This document shows positions 12,870-26,865 of a stretch of DNA of 64,000 nt, piece by piece (the first letter of the stretch is position 1; each line of letters opens with the position of its first letter). The position numbers were made by a program, and so were the translations under genes. The DNA comes from Octopus bimaculoides (Eukaryota), in NCBI RefSeq assembly GCF_001194135.2, contig NC_068991.1:67082566-67146565 (forward strand). The letters are read 5' to 3'. Below the pieces are notes generated by a model, which was not told the origin of the DNA, searched no databases, and saw nothing but the letters and a program-made list of their open reading frames with translations.

Positions 12870-13427
12870 GGTTAAAGTAATAAACCACATCTCAGTGAAA
12901 TGTTCCTTTCTTAGACCACAATAAAACATTAAAGCTCCTTTTTTTCATTCATTATTTAGGCTTAACATGTAAAGTTTAATCCTTTAGCATTCAGGACATG
13001 CATCAAGATTTAAAATCTTGGAAGAGATTCCTACAGAGAAGCCAGAGATCAATAATAGCTAGAGGGAAGACAAGAGTCACCAGGAGATCTGCCTACTGAG
13101 GCACAACATTATGAAGCATAAATGGGAATTGGTTGCCTCTTCATCATCAGCATCATCATCATCTTAATGCCCATTCTTACATAGTTGCATGGATCAGATG
13201 GAGTTGAGGCAGATTTTTTGACAGCTAGGATGTCCTTCCTGTAGCCAACCCTCAATTGTTTCCAAACAAAGTAATATTTCCCCATAGCCAGACATGTCTT
13301 TGCAGAATACTGAAAATGAATGACACTGATCGTATGACAGTGACAAACATTTCACAACTACCATACAATGGCAAGACAAGGAGACACAAATGCACACACA
13401 CACACACATAGATATACATGAGTTAAT

Positions 13428-13773
13428 GGCGGCACTCCGTCGCTTACGACATCGAGAGTTCCAGTTGATCCAATCAACGGAACAGCCTGTTTGTGAAATT
13501 AACGTGCAAGTGGCTGAGCACTCCACAGACACGTGTACCCTTAACGTAGTTCTCGGGGATACTCAGCGTGACACAGTGTGACAAGGCTGACCCTTCGAAT
13601 TACAGGCACAACAGAAACAGGAAGTAAGAGTGAGAGAAAGTTGTGCCAGAGCCTCGTGGAGCTTTAGGTGTTTTCGCTCAATAAACACTCACAACACCTG
13701 GTCTGAGAATCGAAATCGCGATCCTATGACCACGAGTCCGCTGCCCTAACCACTGAGCCATTGCGCCTCCACT
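13428..13773 (-). mobile_element. tRNA-derived SINE, family A (AGTGGAGGCGCAATGG head)
   Basis: A-box/B-box-like head on -. TSD CATGAGTTAAT at 13417-13427 and 13774-13784. Highly similar to the copies at 19408, 25056 and 28487. Confidence 0.85.
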
Positions 13774-13887
13774 CATGAGTTAATATATCTATTGGATCAT
13801 CCCACAAATGATATGTTTTTCAACTGCATAGAATAAAAGTCAGAGGAGGCAGAGGGGGGAACACAATAAACTACCTACATCATCAGT

Positions 13888-14140
13888 TTGCTATAAAAGC
13901 AGGTATTAATTTCACCTTGTGCTTATTCTTAGTGCATGTTTTGAAGAGTGCAGTTCAATTTTAACACAGTTATTTTTTCAAAGCTATAATGTAAGTGAGA
14001 AAGGAGCATATTCGGCATACTTTACTCTATGAGTTTAATAAAGACAACAACACAAGGGAAAGTGCGAGGAACATTAATGCAGTATATGGGGATCAGACAA
14101 TAAGCGTAAGCCAGTATCAATGGTGGTTCCAGGGATTCTG
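13888..14140 (+). mobile_element. Mariner-family relic (5' region and N-terminal HTH)
   Basis: Closely similar to 22418-22660 (TTGCTATAAAAGCAGG...GAGTTTAATAAAG...CAGTGGTTCCAG); the reading frame is disrupted. Confidence 0.7.
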
Positions 14141-14439
14141 AGCTGAAATTTATTATGTGTATTATTATAACATGATTATATATTCTGAATATATTGGAGT
14201 ATTCCAATGGAAAATAATGTAATCCTTGTATTGTCATTTTGTACACCCTGATGATTTTCCACCCAAGGTATTTTAAAATGCAAAATTATATATTTATACA
14301 TGTTTTGTAGTTTTAATTTTGGTTGCGAAATGAAACAATTGTAGGTGAAGATGTTAATTAATAAATTAATTTGTATCCATTAGATCTCTCCATTTTCAAA
14401 CTTATTAATATTATACACACACACACACACACATATATG

Positions 14440-14752
14440 CTGGTGGCACGTTAGAAAATCATTCAAGCGAGGTCGTTGCCAGTGCTGCTGGACTGGCTCC
14501 CGTGCAGGTGGCACATAAAAAACACCTTTTGAGCGAGGCCGTTGCCAGTACTGTGTGACTGGCCCTCGTGCCAGTGGCACATAAAAGCACCCACTACACT
14601 CTTGGAGTGGTTGGCGTTAGAAAGGGCATCCAGCTGTAGAAACTCTGCCAGATCAGATTGGAGCCTGGTGTAGCCATCCGGTTTGCCAGTCCTCAGTCAA
14701 ATCATCCAACACATGCTAGCATGGAAAGTGGACGTTAAACGATGATGATGAT
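14440..14752 (+). mobile_element. RTE LINE 3' UTR copy with internal ~63-bp tandem units
   Basis: Repeated GGTGGCAC(G/A)TAAAA..CACC...GAGCGAGG(T/C)CGTTGCCAGT units, followed by the standard tail ending GACGTTAAACGATGATGATG. Confidence 0.7.
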
Positions 14753-15971
14753 GGGCTTCTTTCGGTTTGTCTACTTGGCTTTGGTTGGCCCAAGGCTATA
14801 GTAAGAAACACTTGCCCAAGGTGCCATGCAATGGAACTGAACCTGGTACCGTGTGGTTAGGAAACAAACTTTTTAGTACACAACATGCCTGCAGCTGATA
14901 ACTGAGAATAACGTAGAGGAGCAGTTGCACTTCTTGTTGTGTACCTACAGCTTTCTTAGAATATAGATTTTAGACGAAAGTAGGAAGTGAGGGGGAAGAT
15001 AGGTGGCTGTGCAGTTAAGAAGTTTGCTTACCAGCCATAGGTTTTCAGGTTCAGTTCCATTGTGCAGCACTTTGAGCAAATATCTTCTACTACAGTCCCA
15101 AGCTGACCAAAGCCTTGAAGTAGATTTGATAGAAGTAAATTGAAAGAAGCTTGTCATATGTGTGTGTGTGTGCATGTGTGTGTACCTTTGTATTCAATGG
15201 TGATGCTCATTTGCAACCATCATGTCATACAAGTGATGTTGTTCATTTCCAGTTTGGCCAAAAGGATATTACCTTGTTTGGAAACAGGTGAGAGTTGGTG
15301 ACAGGAAAGGCACCTAGTTATTCTTTTACTTGTTTCAGTCATTTGACTGTGGCTATGCTGGAGCACCGCCTTTTAGTCGGAGAAGTCAACCCCTGAACTT
15401 ATTCTTTGTAAGCCTGGTGCTTATTCTGTTGGTCTCTTCTGCCAAACCACTAAGTTACAGGGATGTAAAATACACCAACAATGGTTGTCAAGCGATGGTG
15501 GGGGGGACAAACACAGACACAAACATGCATACATAAATACATACATATATGTATATCTACTATAATAATATCCTTGTGTATTTCTCCGTCACAACATATG
15601 AATGAGAAAGGAAGAGGTGATAAATGAATGAGGAAGGAAGGGGTGATGGCAAACTTGGTAGTGGGATGATGGAAGTTCTACAGTGGAAAAAAAAATCAAA
15701 CAGCATTTCAACTCTGCATGAGTATATGTGTGTATATAAAAGGGAGTCATGTGAATGTTTGTGTGTGTGTACGTGTGTGTGTGCAATGGAAATGGGATGG
15801 TGAACATTCAACGCTGAAAAGAAAAATCAAACAGCATTTCAACTCCATGTGAGTGTATGTGTGTACATATACAATGGAAGTATGTGAAGATTTGTATGTG
15901 TGATTATTTTATAACTTATTTATATATAAAATACTACAATTAGCCATCATTTTTGACAGCATGGGGCCAGC

Positions 15972-16005
<34 letters not shown>

Positions 16006-16077
16006 NNNNNNNNNNNNNNNNNNNNNNNNNNNNNNNNNNNNNNNNNNNNNNNNNNNNNNNNNNNNNNNNNNNNNNNN
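16006..16077. other. Assembly gap
   Basis: N run. Confidence 1.
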
Positions 16078-16755
16078 AAAGGGACAACAAAACATCGAGA
16101 TAGTCGATACGAAGAAAACACGGGCAGGTCATCCAGAGTTTTCTTTCCTCGGTCGAGATCCAGATTATCCTTGCAATTTTGGTTGTTTATTCTCGATATT
16201 GCTCCAATCTGGCCAGCCCCAAGGAAAAACTAAGCTAAGAGCATTAGATTCCTTGAAAGAAAGCAGCGAATGTATACGAAAACAAGGACAGAAAAAAACA
16301 ACGGAGAATGCTACACAAATACAAATAACAGGACATAACAACAGGTGTCTTTCGACTGAGGATGAATTAAATTAAGCTGGCATGTGTGTGTGCGTCTGTG
16401 ATGAGTTTCTTTCAGTTTCTGTCTACCAAATTCACCCACAAGGATTTGGTCAGCCTGAGGCTATAGTAGAAGACACTTGCCCAAAGTCCCTTTTGTCGAA
16501 CCGCTAAGTTACGGGGAAACAATCACACTAGCATCGGTTGTCAAGCGATATTGGGGACACACACAAACATATACACATATATACAACAGGCTTCTTTCAG
16601 TTTCCGTCTACCAGCCATGCTGGGGCACCGCCTTGCAGAATTTTTAGACAAATGAATAAGCCTGGTACAGTCTCTTTTGCCGAAATGCTAAGTGATGGGG
16701 ACATAAACACACCAACACTGTCAAGCAGAGGTGGAAGGACAGACACAGACAATGA

Positions 16756-16788
<33 letters not shown>

Positions 16789-17715
16789 ATAAAGGGCTTC
16801 TTTCAGTTTTCGTCTACCAAATCTTCGGTCTGCTTGAGGATATAGTAGAAGACACTTGCCCAAGGTACCATGCAGTGGGACTGAACCCAGAACCATGTGG
16901 TTGGGAAGCAAATTTCTTACCACACATCTATATTTATGCAAAAAACAAAAAAACCCAAAAAGCCCAGCAGTCACTTGCAAATGAGGACGATGTACCATGC
17001 TTTCATTAATTGTTGTAGGTGCCTATGTAGTCACAAGTGGACATGGTCAACACTCCCGGCCCTTCCACCTTTGACCCAGCCAAACATCAAGGATGTGACC
17101 ATTAGAGTAAGAAAGGGCTACACCTGTATTTCATTTGCATGCATTTCCAGTTGAAAGGATTGCATCATGAACTGATATACCTTGTTCGAAGACACAACAT
17201 GCTGTCCAACTGAGAAATTGAACTCACGACTTATGATTGTAAGCCCAACACCTTAACCACTAGGCTATGCATTTTCATTATATTCTTTTATTTGTTTCAG
17301 TCATTGAATTGCGACCATGCTGGAGCATCACCTTCGAGGTGGTGTTAAATCGACTCCAATACATTATTTTATTGGTCTCTTTTTTTTTCTTTTGGCGCAG
17401 ATCCAATAAGTCACAGGGATGTAAACAAAACAACACCAGTTGTTAAGCAATGGGAAAGACGAACACAAACGGGCTTCCATACAGTTTCCATTTATCGAAT
17501 TCACTCTCAAGGCATTGGTTGTCCCAGTGCTATTGTAGGAGACACATATCGAGGGTGCTGTGCAATGGAATTGAACCCAAGATCTCATAATTATGAAGCA
17601 GACTTCTTTACCACAGATCCATACTTCCATGTGTGTTGTACGTGTGTGAGTGCGTGCACACACATATGCACAAATAATTATAAACGCACATCTTTGAGAG
17701 AATATTTTACATGTA

Positions 17716-17879
17716 GGCGCATGAGTGGCTGTGTGGTAAGTACTTGCTTACTAACTACATGGTTCAGGGTTCAGTCCCACTGCGTGGCACCTTGGGCAAG
17801 TGTCTTCTACTATAGCCTCGGGCTGACCAAAGCCTTGTGAGTGGATTTGGTAGACGGAAACTGAAAGAAGCCCGTCGTA

Positions 17880-17916
<37 letters not shown>

Positions 17917-18117
17917 TAGTGTGTGTATGTTTGTCCCCCAACATCGCTCGACAACCGATGCTGTTGTGTTTACGTCCCCGTAACTTAGCGGTTCGGCAAA
18001 AGAAATCGATAGAATAAGTACTAGGCTTACAAAGAATAACTCCTGGGGTCGATTTGCTCGACTAAAGGCGGTGCTCCAGCATGGCCGCAGTCAGATGACT
18101 AAAACAAGTAAAAGAAT
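17716..18117 (+). mobile_element. Full-length tRNA/CORE-like SINE, family B, with central (TA)/(TG) microsatellite
   Basis: Head GAGTGGCTGTGTGGTAAG..GGTTCAGTCCC; CORE-like CACCTTGGGCAAGTGTCTT; tail GGGGTCGATTTGCTCGACTAAAGGCGGTGCTCCAGCATGGCC. Many other copies are present (e.g. 25690-26045 -, 33170-33528 -, 39515-39778 +, 52044-52433 -). Confidence 0.85.
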
Positions 18118-19407
18118 ATATGTACACACACACACAAATAGGCATACACACATATACATACACACATACATGCATGCATGCAGACGTGCGCGCAGACACA
18201 CACACACACACACTCACACACTAGTTACTTTTGCATCGCTCAGTTTTATAAACCAATTGACACTAATTTCAACTCTCTCTTTCTCTCTCACTCGCGCGCG
18301 CGTAAACAAGAGAGATGGATGGTAGGATGTTAATCACAGAAGCCATTTGTGCATATGTTCAAATCAGCAAATTAGAAAAGAAAAAAAAAAATGAAATGAC
18401 TTCGAATCTGAAAATAAGGGCTAAACTGCTGAAGTTAAAGCGAGGCGGTAGTAGAGGAGGTCAGAAGATCAAAACAAGGGTCATCAAAGTTCCTTGAACC
18501 TTTCAGAAAACAACTCGCTTTGAATACTTGTGAGTTGTGGAGAGAGGTCATTGGGCTGGTCAAACAGAAAATTACTGTTAGGGGGATAATGATGGGACGG
18601 GGGGCATGTTAGAGAGAGCTTGACACCATTTAGAGAACATTGTTAATTCGTTTGGTTCAACAACAATAAAATAACAAAATATAAACAGCAAGAAATAAGA
18701 TTAAAAAAATAATCGTGTGAGGAAATAGCTGAACGTTTCCTCAAACAAATGACCTTTCAGAATCACGTTTTGAAATCAAGACTCTCCTTTCCATCCTTGA
18801 GAAGAGATGGAAGATGATTGTCAATGAAATATTTGATGTATTTTAATAAAAATCTATAAATAGTTACTGGGAAATTCATTTATTTACACAATTAGTATAT
18901 TTGTTGAATAAAATATGTGCATTTTATGGGCCAATAGGAGCTATCTTTTTTTTCTCTAACCAAAGAATTTTTACTGGATTAAATATTTGTGTATAAAAAC
19001 AAAGCAAAAAGCAATTACAGTGTTGGAGACACATTAACCATTCATAAACACACAAAAAAACCAGTTAACTTCACTCAATCATTTATTATTTGGTGTCAAA
19101 TTTTCGTCGCTCTATCTGTGACGAGCTTACTGATGATACAGTCTCACTTACAAGAACTTAATATCTTGAATTTTTTTTTACTTGTTTCAGTCGACTGCGC
19201 CCATGCTGGGGCACCGCCTTGAATTTTTAGTCGAATGTTTTGACAGCAGGACTTATTTTTTAAAAGCCTGGTACTTATTCTATCGTGGTGAGTAGACATA
19301 GGGAACCTTTTTCAAGAAGCGGGCCGCAAGAGACAAGGTTCATCATCAGGCGCGCCGCATTACTAAAAAATTTGAAGGTAATTTTTCATAAGGTGTACTA
19401 TTTAGAA

Positions 19408-19768
19408 AGTGGAGGCGCAATGGCCTAGTGGTTAGGGCAGCGGACTCGCAGTTTTGATTCCCAGACCGGGCGTTGTGAGTGTTTATTGAGCGAAAACACC
19501 TAAAGCTCCACGAGGCTCTGGCAGGGGATGGTGGCGAACCCTGCTGTACTCTTTCACCACAACTTTCTCTCACTCTTACTTCCTGTTTCTGTTGTGCCTG
19601 TAATTCAAAGGGTCAGCCTTGTCACACTGTGTCACGCTGAATATCCCTGAGAACTACGTTAAGGGTACACGTGTCTGTGGAGTGCTCGGCCACTTGCACG
19701 TTAATTTCATGAGCAGGCTGTTCTGTTTGGAACCCTCGACGTCGTAACCGACGGAGTGCCAACAACAA
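19408..19768 (+). mobile_element. tRNA-derived SINE, family A
   Basis: AGTGGAGGCGCAATGGCCTAGTGGTTAGGGCAG head through ...GGAGTGCCAACAAC tail. Confidence 0.85.
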
Positions 19769-21884
19769 GTCCTAGGTCATCCTTGACTAAGAAAACCTAT
19801 GATCAAAATTATGAGATAGTCATGGCTGGTCATGACTAACTTATATTTTTGTACACACTGTCCAATGCGTCCGGCATTCTTTTATGACAATAGGATGCTA
19901 ATTTAAGGAAATTTTAATAGTTATTTCTGGTAAGTTCCCTCGCAACTTGCAGGAACCTGCAGAAAAACAGGAAAGGAAGATGTTTTCATAACTACACTCC
20001 AAATTGGTGCCAGTTTATATATAACATTACAACTATGTGTTAAAGGCTAATAAATAATCTCAAGAACCTCAAACTATATTAGGGCGAACCGGTCCAATGC
20101 ATGCAAGTATACGGGGTGGAGAAGCCATGTAAAATGATCTGTACAAGTATGTCCTTTCTATCTTTTAAGCGGTCGACGGGATATTTGGCTGTTATTTCTA
20201 CCAGGTCGATCGACCGCGCAGAAGATCCATATTAATTGTTAATGTTACGTTGTGTAATTTATGTTTACAATATTTTACTTTAATGGTGTCATGATATTTT
20301 AAATATTTCTAAGTCAAGTATCAGTTTTAATGTTTATTACAGCAATAAATAAATGATGTGGTCTTCACTCTTTGTCCTCTGTCTCTTTTTATTACAGAAA
20401 GAAGTGAAATAAAGCCTGTTGTTGATTTGCCATGATCAGCAAGTGAAAGATGTTCTATTGATGAGCATCCCATCTAATTTTTATTCCTTCTTTCACGTAA
20501 TATTTACCAGATTGCAACGTGTCTAGCCATTTTTTAAGACAGTAATGTCTAACTGAAATGAGGATATTTTGCTTCTATTTCTAGCAAGTCGAACGACCAC
20601 ATAGAACAAGCTATTGTTTAGCTTCAAGTTGAGATTTGATTAAATGGACCTGTGATCAAAGCCTTTCCAGCCACGACCAGCATGTCTTTCTCTTAAGCAT
20701 TGAGAATCTGGTGCATCTCACGTAAAGTGCCCCTCTTTCTTCCGAAGCGATTGGGTGGTTTTTTTAGGGACATTTGGCTGCTATTTCTAGCAGGTCAAGT
20801 GATAGCTTGGTGTTCCGTACAGGCAGTGTTGTAATCAATATGAAAAACCATGTCCGATAGATCGAATAGACTTATGATCATAGGCGTTCAAACTACAGCC
20901 ATCACGTCCTTCTCTTGAAGCGTTACCATTCTAGATGCACATCATTTAATGTATCCCTCTCTAGTCACGACGGTAGTAATTTGAGGGTGGTTTGGCAGCT
21001 ATTCCTAGCACTGCTTTCTGTCAAGATGATTGGGTGGTATTTGAGGGAGATTTGGCTGCTATTTCTAGCAGACCAAGTGATCGCTTGGTGTTCCGTACAG
21101 GCAGTGTTGTGGTGAATATGAGAGACTGATAGATCTGAGTTGACCAGGGACTAAACAACCCAACAATTACCATACAAACCATCACCCTACAGACACTGGT
21201 TACTGCAATACTAGCCACCACACCCACATATCATTCACTATAGTATCTACCATCACATTACAAAAAAACTGGCCACTGACATACCAATCACCATATAACA
21301 TACCACTAGTCACTACTATGCTGACCAACTACTGCAGGATTGTCATACAATCATATTTTCCAGATGTCCTGGATTCAGGCATAAAAGTCTGTGGTTAGGA
21401 AGAATCTTTAAAAATGTCCAAAAGCTCAGAATTTTAGCTTCCATCACTTGTGTCAATTCACTACAGCTGTTTCCAACGAATTTTTAATTGATTAATGGGG
21501 AAATTTTGTCATTAGAAAAGAAAAAAAAAACGTTTTCATCAGGTGAATACTTGAACCATAACATTCAGAAACATTCAAAAGCCAACAGCACATGCACCTT
21601 CAAATTCTATAACCCTTGAAGCATTCTGATGCTTTGTTTTCGCAGGAAGTAAAGGGAATTTTGCATTACTTCAGATTGTCTTTTAGTTTGTCTGTCTTTG
21701 AAGCACAAGAGTAGCCTTCCAGCTGACCTTCCTGTTGAGAATTGGCCAAAGAGAGGTTACTTTAGAATTCTGATATCACTCATACCCGAGAGATGATCTG
21801 ACCATCTAAGCAGTATTTTGATGAGGATGGCTTCAATATCTGATATGTTGCATTTTCTTAGTACCACACTGTTATGAGTATAGT

Positions 21885-22170
21885 CACTCAGTTTTATGTT
21901 TATGTTGGAGATAGTATGCAGGCACCGCATATGAAAAGCATCAAGCTGGTTGATGTGCTTTCAGTACAGAGTCAAAGATTCAGCATCATAAATCAATGTT
22001 GTCAAGATCACTAACTTATATACATCAACTTTCACCTTCAATGATACATCATGACTGTTCCAAAGCCTGTGATAAAACCTACCAAAAACAGAGCTAGCCT
22101 TTCCAGTTCTGGACTCAATTTCTTTATCCATCTTAGCATCATTGGACACAATGGAACCAAGTTAAGTGAA
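21885..22170 (-). mobile_element. RTE-clade LINE fragment (post-RT C-terminal region)
   Basis: SNDAKMDKEIESRTGKASSVFGRFYHRLWNSHDVSLKVKVDVYKLVILTTLIYDAESLTLY*KHINQLDAFHMRCL, a typical RTE/BovB-like C-terminal segment. Confidence 0.85.
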
Positions 22171-22417
22171 GGAGGAGACGGTTTTTAATGCTTTCCGATC
22201 AACATATACAGTAGGGGCAACAACAACAAGATAGTCACAAATGGGCTGATGGACAAATTCAGTTTTCTTGATGCTGGTGGTCAGACCAAAAGCCTTCAAT
22301 GCACATGAGAAGTTGTTTGGAATTTATTGCATGTCCTCAAGAGTGTGTGCTACAAGCTAATAATGCAGTTTTTTCAAAAGTCAGAAGGGAATGGGATAAA
22401 CTACCTGCATCAACTTG

Positions 22418-22940
22418 CTATAAAAGCAGGTAGCAACTTTACCTTGTCCCGATTCTTAGGGCAAGTTTTGAAGAGTGCAGATCGATTTTAACAGTTATTT
22501 TTTCAAAGCTATAATGGCAGTGACAAAGAAGCATATTTGGCATATTTTACTTTATGAGTTCAATAAAGTAAACAATGAAATGGAAAATGCAATGAATATT
22601 AATGCAATACATGGGGACTGGACAATAAGCATAAGCCAGTGTCAACAGTGGTTCCAGAAATTCTGAGCCGGAAACCACAGCCTAGAAGATGAGCCTCGTC
22701 CTGGAAGATCTGTAGAGCTCGACGAGGATGTCCTGCAAACCCTGGTGGAACAAAATTCCATTGTAACTGTTGAGGAACTAGCAGAGAAGCTTGAATTTGG
22801 TAATTCAACCATTCATCAACACCTGCATGCTATCAAAAAATTCAGCAAATTGGGTCAATGGGTTCCTCACAAACTTGCCAAGTCTAATTGCATGCAGAGA
22901 GTGAATGTGTGCTGTCACATCTCACAAATGAACCTTTTTT
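22418..22940 (+). mobile_element. Mariner (Mos1/SETMAR-like) transposase pseudogene, N-terminal half
   Basis: From ATG 22514: MAVTKKHIWHILLYEFNK...QCQQWFQKF*AGNHSLEDEPRPGRSVELDEDVLQTLVEQNSIVTVEELAEKL...GQWVPHKL. Contains the mariner WVPHEL-like and GRP motifs and an internal stop. Confidence 0.9.
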
Positions 22941-23829
22941 TGGACCTGAGTTCTAGAAGCGCTGTGTGTCCACCCTCATGTAACAATAAAACTTTTCACA
23001 CACCCTACCCCACTTATGCTTATCTCTCATTCCCCTATAGACCCTGGTTGAAAACCACTGAAAAAGATAAAGTGGAAATCAGAATGGGAGTCAGAGAGGA
23101 GGTTCTGCTAACACATGTTGCAATGGTATATCATGTCAGGCAACTTCTAATCTAGATGGTTAGGGTTAGTAACAAGTAGTAACCAGCTTCGATGAAGAGT
23201 ATTCAGTTATTTAATCAATTGAGCTACCTGCTCATTGGAATAATCTGTAACTGAACGTTCCACAGACACATGTCCTCAATGTAATTCTCAGGTGACCTCA
23301 GCATGTGACTATGCTGGACCTAGGCATTACAAGTACAATCTAATGTGATCTGCTTCAGCACAGTTTCCATCCACCTAATTTCACTCAGAAAGCTGAGGTT
23401 GACTCAAGACTATGGTAAAAAATGGTGAATTGAAAAAATGGTGGATTAAAGGGTTGGACAGAAGGCCTTGCAGTATTTGTTCTAACTCTGCACTCTGAGT
23501 TCAAATACAACTGCAGTCAACTTTCCCTTTTATCCTTCAGGGTTGATAAATAAAGCATCAACCAAGTACTGAGACCAATTTGTCAACATCTCTCTCTCTC
23601 TCAGTTTTCTTTAGACTTAGAGAGATGAACTTACCCAGGTCTAAAACTGCCCAAGACAAACCGCATATCACAATGGCACTGTAACAACTTCAACAGTCCA
23701 AGGCTCAAGACAGGGCAAAGCAATGTTAAAAGACACTAAGCCAAGATGCCACATGATGGCATCAAGTTGAAGACCTTATGATTGCAACACAAAATTCTTA
23801 ACCGTTCATCCATACTGATTTAATAAGTG

Positions 23830-23930
23830 AAGTCGATAAGGAATGAAGATTTGCTGATGTCAAGGGCAACAACTTTGCTAATGCCAAAACTATTATTGGT
23901 GTGGTATAATGGCTTCAAAGAACTGACTTT
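23830..23930 (-). mobile_element. Highly decayed CR1/jockey-group reverse-transcriptase fragment
   Basis: Minus frame NNSFGISKVVALDISKS matches the ALDISKAFD RT motif. The flanking ~400 nt may belong to the same relic. Confidence 0.45.
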
Positions 23931-24644
23931 GTGGAATGACATGACGTATAAACGAACTACTTGTGAGTCAGTTAGTCATATATCTGGTAGCTTATATATT
24001 GCAATGTAAATTAGTCAGGGAGACAAATTGAATATATTGATGACAACAGGGTCTCGCATCAAGAGCGAAGTTATTGGAATTTATTGACCAAAGGCGTATC
24101 TAATAACAGTTGTTAGTACACTAAGCTGTCTTGGTGGCTGTAGTGATGAAGTATGTGGATGTGGAGGGAAACAAGATAGTTTTACCAGCAGAAACATTGT
24201 TTACTGAGTTATTATAGTACTTTGAGGTGAGAATATTTGGCTAGAGTAACGGTAGAGGAAGTGGCATTTATGAATGAAAATGAGGTAGATTTACCTATGG
24301 AAGTACTTTGTCATGGAGATGACAATGGAACAAGATGTCTGGCAATATTAGGTTCTTGAGAAAACCCACTTACTTCAATGGAAATGAGTTCTAGAAGTGC
24401 TGTGTTTCACTCTCATGTAACAATGAAACTTTTCACACACCCTACCCCAACAAACCAAGATACACCTCTTCTCTTCCTCACACTTTTCTTATGCTTATCT
24501 TTTGCTCCCCAATCCTGTCCTCACGACACTTTTCGCTGTATCAATGCTATCCTATATTCCCCACCCCCTCTATATACTCAGATTTCACCAGTCACTGCAT
24601 TCCCCAAAGAAGACATTGATGACGATGATGATAATGATGATGAT

Positions 24645-25017
24645 GATCCAGTCCACTTGGCTGGCAAAAGTGAGTAATCCTGCAATGGACTGATGTCCCG
24701 TCCAGGTGGGAGAATACATACGCCACTGACATCAGGAAACTGACATGGCTCAAGAAGGAAACTTTAACCTTTACCTTATACCAGCATGGAAAACAGGCAT
24801 TAAAGGATGATGATGATGATGATGATGATGATGCTCCAGTCCATTCACCTGGCAAAAATGAGTAATCCTGTGACAGATCAGCGTCCCATCCAGTTGGGGA
24901 ATATATATGCCACTGACATTAGGAAACTGGCCCTTATGAGTCAGCATGACTCAAAGAGGTAACTTTATCTTTATCTTATACCAGCATGGTAAACAGGCAT
25001 TAAAGATGATGATGATG
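24645..25017 (+). repeat. Two tandem ~190-bp units: CORE-end plus V-domain-like SINE body plus (GAT)n
   Basis: Each unit reads CCAGTCCA..GCTGGCAAAA.TGAGTAATCCTG..A.GGAC.G..GTCCC.TCCAG...GGAAAC...CCTTATACCAGCATGG.AAACAGGCATTAAAG(GAT)n. Confidence 0.7.
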
Positions 25018-25055
25018 AAATATTATTGGGTTATTCAGTGGTTACTTAGTCCCAA

Positions 25056-25444
25056 AGTGGAGGCGCAATGGCCCAGTGGTTAGGGCAGCGGACTTGTGGT
25101 CATAGGATAGCGGTTTCGATTCCCAGACTGGGCGTTGTGAGTGTTTATTGAGCGAAAACACCTAAAGCTCCACGAGGCTCCGGCAGGGGATGGTGGCGAA
25201 CCCTGCTGTACTCTTTCACCACAACTTTCTCTCACTCTTACTTCCTGTTTCTGTTGTGCCTGTAATTCAAAGGGTCAGCCTTGTCACACTGTGTCACGCT
25301 GAATATCCCCGAGAACTACGTTAAGGGTACACGTGTCTGTGGAGTGCTCAGCCACTTGCACGTTAATTTCACGAGCAGGCTGTTCCGTTGATCGGATCGA
25401 CTGGAACCCTCGACGTCGTAAGCGACGGAGTGCCAACAACAACA
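25056..25444 (+). mobile_element. tRNA-derived SINE, family A, full length
   Basis: Complete head to (AAC)n tail. TSD-like ACTTAGTCCCA at 25044-25054 and 25445-25455. Confidence 0.9.
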
Positions 25445-26449
25445 ACTTAGTCCCAGGCCAACACTGATCCACTTGCTCCAGGATCAAACACTTTTCACTT
25501 GTAACCTCCCTGTTTTTTTCTTTTTTATCCCTTTTCTACCAGACATAGCAGACATTATCCAATGTGCCCTTCCCCTTTTTTCAGCAGATGTTAATTTGAG
25601 TGCAATCTGGTTGTTATTTCTAGCAGGTTAACAATTAGTGTCTCCTTTATCAGTTGTGGGTTGTTGTAATCCTTTATTTGTGTATTCGTGTACTTGTTTC
25701 AGCCATTTGACAGTGGCCATGCTGGAGCACCACCTTTAGTCAAACAAATCGCCCCCTGGACTTATTCTTTGTAAGCCTGGTACTTATTCTATCAGTCTCT
25801 TTTGCCGAACCACTAAGTTTCAGGGACGTAAACACACCAACATCGGATATCAAATGATGGTGGAGGTGACAAACACAGACACACAAACACACGACGGGTT
25901 TTTTTCAGTTTCTGTCTACCAAATCAACTCACAAGGTTTTGGTCGGTTTGAGGCTATAGTAGAAGTCACTTGCCCAAGGTGTCACGCAGTGGGACTGAAC
26001 CCGGAACCATGTGGTTGGGAAGCAAGCTTCTTACCACAGCCACTCCTGCTCCTTATAAAAATTTCCTCCCTATCCTTTTGTATGAAAAGGATTTTTACAA
26101 GAATGACATATGTTTGCAGATGTCTGCAAGTGATGACTCACAAATGATGCAGGCTGCGTTTTAACAATACAACAGCAGCAGCAGCAGTATAATCCCATCA
26201 TCATCATCACTTTAACGATCATTTTCCATGCTTGCATGGGCAAGACGGAATTAGTTGAGGCAGACTTTTCCACAGTTGGTTGCCTTTCCTGTTGCCTGCC
26301 CTCATTTGTTTCCAAGCAAAGCAATATTACCCCATAGCTGGAACATGTTTTCATAGAAGACTGGAAACAAAGGACACTTCTTCTATGACAGCAATATTCA
26401 TTTATAACTATTTGTGCAAGGAGATACAAACAGACACACATCATCATCA

Positions 26450-26865
26450 TCACCATCATTTAACATCCATTTTCCATGTTGGCATGGGTTAGATGGCTTG
26501 ACTGGAACTGGTAAGCCAGAGAGCTGCACCACATTTTAGTCTGAATTTGACTTGATTTCTATGGCTGGATGCCGTTCCTAACACCAACCACTCTGAGAGT
26601 GTAGCTGGTCCCTTTTACATATCACTGGTATAGGTGCCCTAATGTGTCATCAGCTTTTACGTGCCACTGGCACAGCAGCTGTTATGTGCCACCAGCACTG
26701 GCCACACCTATGATTTCACTTGGCTCGATGAGTTTTCTAAAGCACAGCAAATCGCCAAAGGTCACAATCACTTGTCATCACTTCCACGACACCCCCGCCT
26801 CATTTGAAGACCAAGCTTCACCACCTCGTCCCATGTCTTCTTGGATCTACCCCTTCCACAGGTTC
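26450..26865 (-). mobile_element. RTE LINE 3' end (last codons plus 3' UTR plus (GAT)n)
   Basis: The minus strand carries a GRGRxKKTWDE-like relic (CTCGTCCCATGTCTTCTTGGATCTACCCTTCCACAGGTTCC) contiguous with the abundant tail; it parallels 43276-43715. Confidence 0.7.

Noticed and set aside
16080-16375. Penelope-like terminal signature (GTCTTTCGACTGAGGATGA) as a possible hammerhead ribozyme
   Set aside because: The CUGANGA and GAAA elements are not arranged with pairable stems; at most a repeat fragment.
22947-24448. ~65-bp direct repeats 1.4 kb apart, suggesting LTRs
   Set aside because: No TG..CA ends, PBS, PPT or TSD, and the interior is unrelated debris; probably two fragments of one dispersed repeat.
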